This document shows positions 13,390-26,510 of a stretch of 64,000 nt of DNA, one piece after another (position 1 is the stretch's first letter; the number at the start of each line of letters is the position of its first letter). This DNA is from Epiperipatus broadwayi (lineage: Eukaryota; Animalia; Onychophora), in NCBI GenBank assembly GCA_028023455.1, contig JAQFVV010000010.1, positions 3,534,001 through 3,598,000 on the forward strand, read 5' to 3'. The notes below the pieces were generated by a model that saw only the letters and a program-made list of their open reading frames with translations, did not search any database and was not told where the DNA came from. The translations under genes were made by a program, and so were the position numbers.

Positions 13390-16285
13390 TATTTCCAGGA
13401 GGCCATAAAGTCAATAGCCAAGGCAGTAATTAGCAGCTGAAGGTGGAGAGTGCTAAGAATATCCTGATTGTGAACCTGGTCTGCCATATGATAATCTTTT
13501 ATTTCTGTACTTATTCAACTGCAGACAACTTTCAAGTGAAGGAAGACTGCAAGAATTGGAAGAACTGTCTAATATAAAATGGGACATTATTGGACTTTGT
13601 GAAATTAGAAGAAAATGTGAAGAGACAATAGATTTAAAAAGTGGTTATATACTATACTACAAAGGTACAAACAATGGAAATACAAGTGGAATATGATTCA
13701 TAATAAATAAAAAGTGGAAGAATGACATTGTGAAGATTGATGAAGTATTGGGCAGCATAGTAAGATTATTTATTCAACTTAATAGCAGATATCAAATGCA
13801 TGTAATTCAGGTTTATGCACAACAAGTTCTCAATGTGATGAAGAAGTAGAGGATTTTTATATGAATGTACAAAAATATTTTGTTCAAACCAAAGAACCCT
13901 TTGTAATTATCATGGGATATTTTAATACTAGAATTGATAAACAATTGAAAGTTGAAAATGCTGCATGCAAATTTGGTTATGGTGATGAAATGAGAAGGGC
14001 ATAGGTTTGTGGAGTTTGCAGAAAAAGAAAAACTTTATATTTTGAATTATTTTTTTGAGAAAAACATTAAATGTAAATGGACATTGAAGCATCCAAGTGA
14101 TTGTATAGCAGAATTGCATTATATTTTGACTAACAAAAAATATATATTTGAAAATTGTAATGTCCTTAATAAATTCAACACAGAAAGTGATTATCAATTA
14201 GTGAGATGTAAAAGACATGTTAATGCTAAACTAGAAAGAGAAAAATTATTAAGAAAAACAATATTCACAGTTGATATTCCTAAACTTCCAAAACATTCCA
14301 ATGAATTTAAATTAGAACTTACAAATCGTTTTCAAATATTAACAGATTTTGAATATGATTCAGATTTGAATGAAATCAATATAACTAATACACTTTTAAA
14401 AGCTGCAACAAAGATAGCTGGTACAAAAAAGCAGTAATTCACCAGTAAAATTCTACTGAGACAATTTATGAAGAAAAAAGGAATATAAAAAGGTTGTAAA
14501 AATAATGCATTAAGAGGGATTGAATATCTCGAATTTTGTAAAATGGTATGAAAAGAGTTGATAATGATATAAGAAAGTATAATTGTAAACTAGTAAGAAA
14601 AGCTGTAGAAGAAAATAAAAGTTTCAAGAGTGTAAAACAACATTTTGGTATTGGTTAGGAAACATATCTGCAATAAGAAAAAAAGATAGAACTATTACTA
14701 AAATGAAAAATGATATTATGAAATATATAGAAGAGTTCTATTAAGAATTATATAGCAATAAAGAGCAACGAAAAGTATCTTTTACAACTATTATATTTTC
14801 TGAAGTACTCAGAATTTTAAATGAAGTGTGACATGCAATTAAATTTATGAAGAAAAGAAAATATTCAAGTAATGATAGAATTATAATTGATATCTTAAAA
14901 GAAGCAGGTGAAGAAATACAACAATTTTGGCAAAATAATAAAGATCTATCAGATGATTGGAAGAATGCAGTATAATATTAATATTTTTAAAAGGTGATTA
15001 AGAAGATACTGGAAAATATAGACTTATCAGTTTTTCATCAGTTATATACAAAATTTTTACCAAAATAATTACAACTCATCTACAGTGAACTTTGGATTTT
15101 AACAAATCAAAGAACAATCTGGATATAAAAGTAGTTTTAGTACAGTAGATCATATCCAAATATTGAGAGAAGTTATACAAATGATCAATGAATATGTGTT
15201 GCCATTATACTTTAGATTTGTAGACTATGAAAAGGCATTTGGTTCTATAAAGCTTTTCTTTTGTGAATGAAGCATTAGATCATCAAGGTATAGATCCAGT
15301 GTATTGTCTTACTATGAAGAATATAAAAATGCAATAGCAACAATTAGATTACATAATGATACTAAAAAGATTAACATCGAGAAGGTTGTATGACAGGATG
15401 ACTCAATATTTCCAAAACTTTTTACAGCAGTTTTGCAATAAGTATTTTGTGGATTAAAATTGGAAGCTAGGGAAATAAAATAAAAAATGGAGATTATTTA
15501 AGTCGTTTAGATTTTGCAGATGATATAATTGTTTCTGCAAATAATGCTTTAAAGCTTTTTAAAATGTTGCAAGAGTTATCAGATGAAAATAAAAAAGAAA
15601 AATTAAAGGTAAATGTTAAAAAGACTAAAGTAATGTTCAATGGATTTAAAAGAAAAAAATGAAGACTGATAATGATGAGTTAGAAGAAGTTAAGAATTAC
15701 AAATACCTTGATCAGATTATTATTACAGATGAAAACATAATGAATGAAATTAATCATAGAATTAAACTTGATTGAAGAGCTTTTGGTAGAAATAATTTAA
15801 TATTAAAAGAAAATATGCATATGTGTTTGAAAAAGGAAGGTTTCTAATAAATTTGATTTACCAGTTCTTACTTTTGGATCTGAGACTTGTCACTTAACAG
15901 GAGAGAAATACAGAAACTTCAGATCATTCAACTGAGTATGGACAAATTCATGTTAGGAATAACAAGAAGAGATCACAAAAATAAAATACATGGGTAAGAG
16001 AGCAAACAGGTTCTATTGACATCATTAAAAAAATTAAGCGACTGAAGTGGAGTTAATCTGGATATATTCCTAGAAGAGATAATAATAGATGGGCAGTTAA
16101 AATGTTAAACTGGATTCCAAAAGATTGTAAAAGTCCTAGAAAGAAACCACATATGAGGTGAATGGATGAAATAAGAAAGTGTGCTGGTGTGATGTGGAGA
16201 AGAGAGGCTAGAGATTGGAGATGAATTAAATTTGGAAAAACCTTTTTCCTGCAGTGATGAGAATGAGATTGATGATAGTAATGTA
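13390..16285 (+). mobile_element. RTE-clade LINE, near full length, with a disrupted APE endonuclease + RT ORF
   Basis: NCRQLSSEGRLQELEELSNIKWDIIGLCEIRR endonuclease start; FVDYEKAF, FADD and KYL RT motifs; RTE-type 3' end (cctgcagtg..gattgatgat); many stops and frameshifts; supplied ORF 14009-14437 is a piece of it. Confidence 0.92.
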
Positions 16286-17330
16286 AGACATTCTGCCAAG
16301 TTGATTATATAAAAGTAAAGCATGCAATTTCCTATTAACAAAACAAAAAGATTCTAGAAATTTTCATTTAGAGATGTTCTATAAAATTCTAAAATTACAA
16401 GATCACAATACTATTTGGTATGTTTTCCAGCTTTCTGGACTTGGATAATATTATAAAGGCATATATGTATTGAAATTGAGTAACTGAAGCAAATGAATAG
16501 CAGCTGACTTCTTACAAATGTATTTAATCAGAGGAAAAACAAATCCCATTTATAGTATTCTAAAAAAGTGTATATTAATTTCTTTCTACTGGAACAATAT
16601 GATTTTGTTAGAATGTACTAGAAAACTAAATTAGGCAATGTGTTGAAATCTTTCAGAAAGAAGTTTTCTGTAAAAGAAGGTAAAAGACAATATTGTAAGA
16701 TACCTTTAATAAGTGGATTAAAAAGTCTGTCAATAGAACAATAGATGTGTGTTTGTGCTCCACTAATTAATTTCTATAGTAGTCAAAAAACTAATCTATT
16801 TTTTCTTCCTATTAGAATGGCCATAGCTCTTAACGGTTATGACGTGGTGGCAATTATCAATTTTCAGAGAAAAGCATTTAGTTAATAATGTTATATACTT
16901 AAAACGTCACATAGTTAACCTTTAAAAAAAAATTACTTTTTAAAAAAAAGTTATAAAAATTGCTCCCTAAACAGTACAAAGTTCAAGTAAAAAGTGATAA
17001 TTTTTTATTTTTTTACTTCCTGTTTATCTTTTACATTGTTGTGTAAGAGCAATCTATCGCACAGATGTTTATTAACTATTAGAAGAACAATACAATTAAA
17101 ATTAATATTTTAATTTTTAAAATATTGATGATTTTTTTAATATATAAACGATGTGAAAAGGAAAGATGGTGTCTTAGAATTAGGTGTTGTACCCTTGTCT
17201 CAACTTTATCCTTAATAATGGGTATTGCCTAAAGTATGGAGTTTCCTAGTGTGGGTTCATAATACCTTACGACTAGCCAACGAAAAATAACAATATAAAC
17301 AAACAAATAAGTAGTCAATGAGACAAACAG

Positions 17331-17580
17331 TCAATCAAATAATTTAGTTCGTAAATACCATTGTCCATAATAAGATAGGATAAGTAGTATAAATTTGAAG
17401 TCCATTTGCAAGAGAAAAGCAAATCTGGAATTACTCTGACAGTAATATACATTCAATCAAATAATTAAGTTCCTAAATACCATTGTCCATAATATGATAA
17501 GATAAGTAGTATAAAATCAAACTTCATTTGCTTAATCACATTAAGAACAGTGATTCATTAATCTGACAGTAACATACATT
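17331..17580 (+). repeat. Tandem duplication of a ~122-bp unit
   Basis: tcaatcaaataatt..taaataccattgtccataat..gataagtagtataaa..tctgacagtaa repeats at 17331 and 17453. Confidence 0.9.
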
Positions 17581-19559
17581 GACTACTAATTGAAGATTGG
17601 AGTCAGGATATTCAACAGTAAGTGACAAAAAGAAAGTGGAAAAGTCTGACATTCAAGATCACACCAGGAAGCTGTTAATGACATATAGTTAGACAAGCCA
17701 AAGTGGCAAAGGGTTATGTTTATGACATTCTTCCAATTAGATATGTTTGTAACAGCTGTACATTTGTCATCTTGCCAGTCTTAATAGACAATGAACTCTT
17801 ATAACTGTTATGATTATATTATTACGATAAATAAGATGCTATAAATGTTTTGATGTTATTTAAATTATATCTCAATTATTTATTAACCAAAACCACTATT
17901 TTCTGTAGCAAAATGTATAAATCCAACAATAGTAAGGACATCTCTCTCTTTCCATTTTACAATCAAATTACCAGTTGGACAAAATATAAGAAATATCTTT
18001 TTATTAATTCTGTATTTTGTCATCATGTAATTCAGAATGATAATACAAAACAACATCACAATTATTCTTTTACTTTTATAATTCTAAGTCATAATAATAA
18101 GTATGTAATAAAGAAATATATATATATATCAGTTTTGTAAGAAAATGAGAAGTATCAGAAAAGTCTTTAGTTTTAAACAAAATCAAATAGTTGATCCTTA
18201 TTAGTTGAAGCCATGCATTCATTAAAGATGGAAAAATGAAACTTGTAGAACTAACTGTGATATAAAAAACTGCTGAGAAAGAAAGATTACTATAATAAAC
18301 AAATCTATGGATGAATATATTACTGCAGAGGTTCATTCACATCTGATCTATTGTATCTATCAAAATAATTTATACCGAGTCTCATGGATAAACTGCTTTT
18401 TCAAAATGTCTGATTTTTGATAAATGCTGTGATATGGAAATATCACCAGTATAACTGGATAATACATGAGTAAAAGCATTTCACATGGAAAATGAATCAT
18501 TATTTACATTTTCTCCGATCATTAGAAAGAGTATAGTTGGTGTTGATCAAAATAAAAATTGCCTTCTGATTTTGAAACATGATAGTGATATTATCACTAT
18601 TTAGGAAGATAAGTTATAGTATTCTCTTAATGCAATCATCACTACTATGCATGGCCACATTATACTTACAGATTATTTGAATGTGTTAGAGAAACAATCA
18701 ATTTCAAGAAATTGTTTTCAGCTAACTCTATCATATTTCAGATGATTGTATTCCAATTTATTCTTATACAATGTCATGTACTAGTTTCATAGTTTTATTT
18801 AGCATAGTGTTCAATTATTTTATCTGACTCTTTATAGACAAGCAAATTCATTTACTTTCATCTAGTATCCATGGATTTTCATGATAATTATATAATCTAA
18901 TGTAGATTAATTATTTTTAATAAAGATGATTTTTGAATCAATTTTTTTTTGTTATTGTGCTTCTTAAACTCATTGATATAAAGGCTCCCTTGAAATATCT
19001 GGAAACATTCATAGCACCTAAAAAAAAAAAAAATTAATGCAAGCATATGTCATCATTAGACAATTTTATTATATTTATATTTAGTTTATTTAAATAAATT
19101 TCTTTATTTATATTTTTATTATAACACAAAATACTTAAAAAATTACAAATATTGCAAAGATCATGAAATATGAAACACAAAACTTATTAATAATAATATG
19201 AACAAAAATAAATAATATTTTAATGTAATAATGTGTTTGAATACTGCTAAACAAAAAATCGATATAAGATTAAATATTTGACATTGCAATTCTTAGATTT
19301 TTTTTCTTAAGGTTTTCATTGATAAACAAGATTTATGCTTACTCTTAATTAGTAATCTTTGCAGAGAAAGATTCAGTTCATTTATTTTCTTGAAAAAAAT
19401 CCTTCAGGTAAGAAAGCAAACATATCCAATTAGATCAGAAAAAATAGGTCCTAATGTGGGTTTTTTACTAAGAAAAAAAATTGTAATTCATTTTTTAATA
19501 TTAAAACTTTTTTTAAAACTTTACTTTTTTTAAAACTTTACTTTTGTGTAATATAAAAA

Positions 19560-20480
19560 AGATTTGTAATTGGATTCCATCTCTTGGCATAAAATTTGAA
19601 TGTTTACTTTTTATGTATTTAACTATTGTATAAACTTCTGATAACATTTTACTAAGTAATTCTTCCATGTATTGAAATACTAAGTTTTTTCTGTGGATAA
19701 TGCAATAAATATGTCTTGCAATTGATTAAACTTTACGTCATAGGTACAATCCCAATGCCCTTTTGCCATTTGTGCTCATTTTCTATAAAAAATATTAAAC
19801 TTTTCAAATATATCTCTTTCTTTAGTTGCACTGGAAAGATTACTGCAAAACAGCATTTGTTTATTACTTTGAAAATTATATAGGTATCTGACAAAAATCA
19901 TTAAATTAGATCATTTGTATTGTAAATTGATTATCAAATTGGGTGATGAATATAGTACTTTGCTTGATTTATGATAATAAAGTAAACATAAAATTATTAG
20001 TAATGCTATCTATTCTTCTTTTAACTGTAACCTTGGACACAGTATTTTTTTTTAAGCGTTTGATATTTTCAAACCATGTATATTTAGCAAAAATTTTATT
20101 GCTACTGGTAAGATGAGATCTTTTCCAAAAGTATAAGGCTTTTGTTCTTTTTTTAATTAATAACGAAATTTTGAAAGAAGCTTTTACTAATTTGTCATTT
20201 TATTATTCAATCTTTCCTTAAAAAAATTTAATTATTTTACTCTTATATTTATTGTGCACATACAATTATTTAACAACTATTTCTGGAAGATTACATACAT
20301 AGGCTGTAAGCACATTATATAAAGGCAAAAATCTATATTTCAAATAAGAAGTATCATAATTATGAATTTTCCCAAATTTTCTATCTCTTGCCACTCAGTG
20401 TTGAAAATAATGTGGATAGATCTGCCCATTTTGATAAAATATGAGATACTGTTGTTTTCAACTTGAATTCTTTGGTGTTT
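19560..20480 (-). mobile_element. Second Buster/ZBED5-like hAT transposase remnant
   Basis: Minus strand YTFGKDLILPVA, VSKVTVKRRIDSI, NLMIFVRYL, LFCSNL, YCIIHRK and IVKYIK in colinear order; heavily disrupted. Confidence 0.7.
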
Positions 20481-20810
20481 CGTTGTTTTTGATTGACTTA
20501 CTTTTACACATGTATTTTTATTAGCCATTTATCCATCCTAATGTTACATTTTTAATGAGGAGTTATCAAATACATACACTAGTATCAAGATACTCATTAC
20601 AAAAATGAAACTAGTAAACTGTACAAGTAAGGATATTTCCCAGTGTTTATAATGCTCATATAAGATTTGAAATACAGGCATTCTTATACCTGGAACTTAA
20701 TTGTAAATATAGGGGATTTGAACTCAGACTTTCAAGCAACCTTCAACTATCCACACTATCTCATACTACTGATACACATTACCACAAACATGTAGAAAAG
20801 ATAAATAATC

Positions 20811-20854
20811 ACCAATATACACATCTTATGCAGAACCAGCCCTCATCAGTTGGT
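20811..20854 (-). ncRNA. Decayed type I hammerhead motif, left arm
   Basis: Minus strand ACCAA CUGAUGA GGGC UGGUUCU GCAU AAGA UGUGUA UA|UUGGU. Confidence 0.6.
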
Positions 20855-21382
20855 CCAGATTATCATCTCCAACACATATGTATAATCAGTGCTCAGTTTA
20901 TATTAAGATAGCAAATCTTTATAGTTTAATGGACAGGCTTCAATCTACTCCAACCTCCAACTCTTCAGCCATCCATACTATTGAAAATCTGATGACAGAA
21001 TGCCCAAATCTCATGCTGATGCCAATATTGTTGTCATGCCCATGTTTACCTCAAGTCACTCTGACCCCTCATGTATAGGACAATATTTATTTAAATATTT
21101 CAAATCTTACAGATTAAGCCTGTATTCTGCCCATCCCTCTTCTATGTATTTAAATTGATGTTTTCCTATACATGAGGGGTCAGAGTGACTTGAGGTCAAC
21201 ATAGGCATGATAACAATATTGGCATCAGCATAGGATTTGGGCATTTTATCATCAGATTTTCAATGGCATGGATGGCTGAAGAGTTGGAATAGATTGAAGC
21301 CTGTCCATTAAAGTATAAAGATTTGCTACCTTAATATAAACTGAGCACTGATTATATATGTGTGTGGGAGATGATAATCTGG

Positions 21383-21426
21383 ACCAATTAATGAGTGCTG
21401 GTTCTGCACAAAATACATATATTGGT
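21383..21426 (+). ncRNA. Decayed type I hammerhead motif, right arm
   Basis: ACCAA UUAAUGA GUGC UGGUUCU GCAC AAAA UACAUA UA|UUGGU; the two-arm consensus gives a canonical motif. Confidence 0.6.
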
Positions 21427-22423
21427 GATTATTTATCTTTTTTACATGTGTGTGGCCATGTGTATCAGAAGTATGAGATATTGTGGATAGTTGAAGGTTG
21501 CTTGAAAGTCTGAGTTCAAATCCCCTATATAATGGTCATATAAATGGATTGTAAAATAAGTGATTTTTAAAATGTATTTGTATGCAAAATTAAATCTAAT
21601 TATCTACTTTCAATTTAAAACTTTGAAAATTATTTTTGTGGCTCCCTTAACAAGAACCACAGCCTCTTGAGAACCCATGACTGACAGTTTGTGAAGCTCT
21701 AATCTAGATAATGTATTGACAATCTAGGATCTAAGATTTGTTTTTTTTTTATTATTAGGCATAGTAATAGAGCAATAAATAATAAGCCTAATTTATGAAA
21801 ACATTTTTCAGAAAATATTTAAACTGCTGAATCATCCATTGATTTCTGTGCAGTATGTGATGGTTAAAAATCTTTCTCAAAACTGTTATCATAATTTTTT
21901 AAATTATAGTCCACAATTTCCCCCCCCACACACACACATATATTGTGAAAAGACTGCATAATTTGTTCAAAGTTTTCTTTTATACAGCAATAGTATTCCA
22001 AGTGTGAGAAAGAAAAAGTTCAAAATCAAAGCTTTCTCATTTCTGATTTCATATTTTGTTTAAATATACCTAAGAAAAAATTCCATGAAATATCTATTTA
22101 ACAGCACATAATAATGTCTACTCTTTTCAAAACATTTGTATCCCAAAATAATAGAATTGATGAATATGTGCATTGAAAAACTTTTTATCAGATTTTAAAT
22201 AAAATAAATAAATAATTGAATAGTTTATTACTTGAGATTTCATAAAAAGTTTGAGCACCAAAAATGAACAGGATTGAATTGCGATCTTTAAGCTCCAGAG
22301 TCTGCCATTCAAAGTGTGACAAGAAGCAGTAACAAATTCCCAGTAATGTTAATAAAATGTATTGCTTGATTGCACACCTAATTATTTAATTTGGAAATTA
22401 TTTTACTATTATATTAACTAAAT

Positions 22424-25221
22424 CAGTACTTCTCAAACTTTTTGATATGGAAGGGCCCCCTGAAAAACAATAATATATTTCCTGACACCCATTGACTAAC
22501 AAAATATTTACATAGCAATATATATATATATTGTTATGAAAATGGGGATAATAAAAAATGTTACATTTGAGCAAAATCATAATATGTTTATTATATTTAT
22601 AACAAAGGAGCTACATTTTATTATTAGGTTTACATACATATATTAATAGTTTTATGTTTACATTACAATATACTAACAATATTCAATAATAACATTAATT
22701 CATTTTTAATAACAATAATGTTTAATGAGGTGGATGTGACAGATATTATTAGAGACTATCAATATCTTGCAAAGTATTTGAAGTTGCAGCGCTTAAATTT
22801 TTTTCTAATGTTTCTTCTGATACAGATGATCTATGTTTATTCTTAATTCACAAAAGTGATGAAAAAGCAGTTTTACATCAATAAGATGAAGCAAAAGGAA
22901 TCAGAATATTTATCACTGTTTTAGAAATAGAAGAGCTTGTTGTCTGGGAATCCAAAATTCTTATATATCAGAATTACGAGATTCTGTTTCAAGTATAGTA
23001 TTTGCTCTTATTTCTATTAATTGTGCCTGAGATGAATGTTGAAATTCTAGCAAAGGAGCAAATGATAATCTTGTCCAATCATATTCTTTGTTTTCATCTA
23101 AATTGGGAAAATACTTTTTGAAAAAAGTCATACAATTGTTAAGGTGATTAATTATGATGTTTTTATTATCTTCAGATATCAAAATATTTTTTATTCAATA
23201 AATTCATAAAGAGATTGAAACATTTCTGTATTATAATATTTAAAACTATGTTACCATGCAGACAGTTTATTTTGGAAAGCTTGCAATCATATATTTAGGC
23301 AGAATATATTTGTACTTTTTCCTTACAGAGAGACATTTAATTGTCAAAAAAGAAATTAACAATCACTTTTGATCACAAAACTAGATTGCTAATTTATGGT
23401 TTCTATCAATTAGAAAAATTTTCAATTCATCTTTTAATGATAAAACTCTTTTGAGAACTTTTCTGCTAGATAGCCATTCAACTTCTGTATGATACAAAAG
23501 CATTTCATAATTAGAATTCATATCTTGGTATAAAATACAAAACAGTCTTGTATTGGTAGCATTGTTTTTTATGTAATTTAGTACATTCAAAACTGCTGAT
23601 AATACTTTACTATGAGATACTTTCATTTGTTGAAAAACTAAATTATTCTGGTGAATAATGCAATGAATGTGCCTTGTATTCTAGCAAATTTTTTGGCCTC
23701 TGCTACAAATCTTGATATTCTTTGTGCAAATTCCAACATCCAATCAAGTACATCTTATGAACTAATATATTTTTTCTCTTAGTTGTACCAAGAATATTTT
23801 TTCAAAATAGATCTTCGTGAATTTGAAAATTATGCAGATATCTCACAAAAACCATTAAATTAGCATTGTTTGTATTGTCAATTGATTCGTCAAGTTTAAT
23901 GGCAAAAAAACTGCTTTGTTTTATCTGTGATATTAAACTAGATATAATATTATTAGCAATAGAATCTGTCTTTCTTTTAATTGTATCTTTGGGCATAGGA
24001 ACATTCTTTAATGGTTCTGAGACTTCAGAACCATGAATAGTTTCACAAATTTTTATCACTGCTGATTATACAAAATCTTGGCCAGTGTATGAGGTTTCTT
24101 TTGTTTTAGCTACCAAATAAGAAATTTCAAAGGAAGTAATTTGTAATTTAATTTAGTTTTTTTTTGAAAAGAATGCTGATTGTCATTTACATTCTCATCT
24201 TTCTTTGGAAAAAATTAACTGGTTTATTTTTATATATAGCATGGACAGTTTTCAAGTGACAAATAAGTTTGTCCGGTCACATAATAATCATTTGATAATT
24301 ATTTTTTTAAATTAGGCATAATGGTTTGTTAGAATCATTATTCAATTGAATAAATTCATACTATATATCTGTGGCAATGGTTTTTTTTCTTTTTTTTTCA
24401 TTTGATATTTTTTGTCATTTATATCCAACTTCAGAAATCAATGTGGATTATTGTTGTTTTAATGTGATTAATCTAGATTTTTTGACCGCCTAACATTATC
24501 ATTCTCTACAATATCCTTTTAACTTTTTCTGATTATTCATTTTAACAGTTAATATGTTAAACTTCAAATAGTTCAAATCTTTTAATGGCTAAATCACCAA
24601 ATTTACTGCATTTTAAACTTGCTAAGTATTCATACCCATATCAACACCCAAGAGGCACACTGTGGGCATATAATAGACAGAGCACATATTGTATCTCTCA
24701 ACCCTAGTGGCTAGTCACTAGGCATTAGTGAATCAAGAATTCACACACATTTTCACCCAAAAATTATAGGTACTTATGTATCAATTCGATGATAACTCTA
24801 ATCATGCAATCTCATAAAATAAAGTTGGCACAGGATCTTCTGACAAATTTAATCCATCATTTATGATAAATGATGACAACATTTTGATGAAAAACTTTTT
24901 CCTGATTGAAATGTTATCTAATATTCACTTAAAAAACTGAATTCATTTCCTTTTTAGAAGATTTGTAATTATATATTTCTTTTTATAGAACACACAGGAA
25001 GTATATGTAAATATTTGAATAGGCTTTAACTTGTCAACAAAATAATATTGCTTGACTATTAGAAATATTAAGGCACATTCAAGTTTTTAGAAGATTATAA
25101 ATGTATTGATTCGGTCTTTATATATAAATTTGTTTTTTGCCAGTAACTTCAATCACCACCAGACTTTTTTGAAACCTTCCAGCTGCATGGGAAGTCACAG
25201 TTCACACTTTGAGAAGCATGG
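22424..25221 (-). mobile_element. Complete but dead Buster-family hAT DNA transposon with TIRs and 8-bp TSD
   Basis: TIRs cagtacttctcaaa (22424) / tttgagaagcatgg (25208-25221, 11/14 match); identical flanks AACTAAAT at 22416-22423 and 25222-25229 (nnnTAnnn Buster pattern); transposase pieces LDES..LMVFVRY, HCIIH, LLYHTEVEWLS, IPFASSY. Confidence 0.93.
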
Positions 25222-26384
25222 AACTAAATGGCTGGGATGAAGCATCAGTAAAATTTGATTAAATATATTTTTATCAATAATAAATTCATAAAATTTATAA
25301 AAGATTTCAACAATTAATAAATTTTATTTTCTGCAACTTAAAATAAATTTTAAATTTTTATATAAATGGTATAATTATAATTACTCATAATTCTTAAAAC
25401 AGTATCTTCACTATCTCTTAATTGCTTAATTAAATATAATATAATACACTATTTTGCTTTTTTGCACTTTTTAAAAGTAATTTTACTTTCTAACAGATTC
25501 AATTCAATTTACAGACTTCAACAGAAATCTGTAAATATTTTATATTTCATTTCATAATATGTCAAATATCAATTATAACTAAATATTTTAGTTGAACCTA
25601 CAGTTTTCATGGAAGACCTGCAAGTATTTTATATTACATTTTTGTAATAATATATTAAATAATTATTTAATTATTGTATTATGTTTTATAATACACCAAA
25701 GATCAGTTATAATTTGCAATAGATATTTAATGTATAGTTAGTATGAAATATAAAATACAAATCTCTGTTAAAGACTTTTAGAGCATCTGAAGTAGTTAGG
25801 AATTAAAACAAAGCTGCTTTTATAATGAAAAAAAAAGAGAGAAGTGATATAATACATCTCTATTATTAAAGTATGAGATTCTGAATTTAGGCTAGTAATA
25901 GTCCACTAGTGACAAATAGAAAAATACCTTCAGATGAGAATTAACTACTAATATCTAGAAAGTACAAAGAATATCACCTACTATTTTATAACAAATTATT
26001 ATTTTATCAAATACTATATTAAATATTTTTAATACAGTCTTTTCTATTTTCTCTCATTCTCATTCCACTTTTTTTATAATGTCTTCAGTAACAGATTAGT
26101 AAAAGGCTTAGCCATTATAAGTCTTAATTCATCATTTATATCTCTACACTCATGACAATATTATTGTATGTTTATGGAATCAAATTACTATTTTTCAATT
26201 ATGTACATAGCAATTGTAATTTCAATTTTTTTGCTTTTCTTTTATATCTAAATTGTAGGACATTCTATACTTGTACATCGTAAAAATATAAACGTTAATT
26301 ATATGTTAAAATTTTATTTTTGAAAGAAATATTTTTTTGTACATTATGTGTATTATTAACAATATCCAACTATAAATTTACATT

Positions 26385-26510
26385 GAAAAAATAAATGGTG
26401 CCCTGAAAAAATAAATGGTGCCTGCCACCTGGTTGAAAAAATAAATGGTGCCCGCCCCTGGCCAGTATTAGAGAATGTGCTCTTAAGTGCAAAAAGGTTG
26501 GGGACCTCTG
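26385..26510 (-). mobile_element. Terminal fragment of a hAT-type element with subterminal repeats
   Basis: Ends gttggggacctctg (CAGAGGTCCCCAAC hAT-type TIR); three copies of gaaaaaataaatggtgcc at 26385, 26405 and 26435. Confidence 0.6.

Larger units (their letters stand above)
20707..21530. repeat. Long inverted repeat (~390-bp arms, ~50-bp spacer) with a hammerhead motif in each arm; family B
   Basis: atataggggatttgaactcag.. mirrors ..ctgagttcaaatcccctatat; arms ~90% identical by eye. Confidence 0.95.

Noticed and set aside
17331-26460. Short direct repeats considered as CRISPR-like arrays
   Set aside because: Eukaryotic context, no unique regular spacers and no cas genes; explained by tandem duplication and hAT subterminal repeats.
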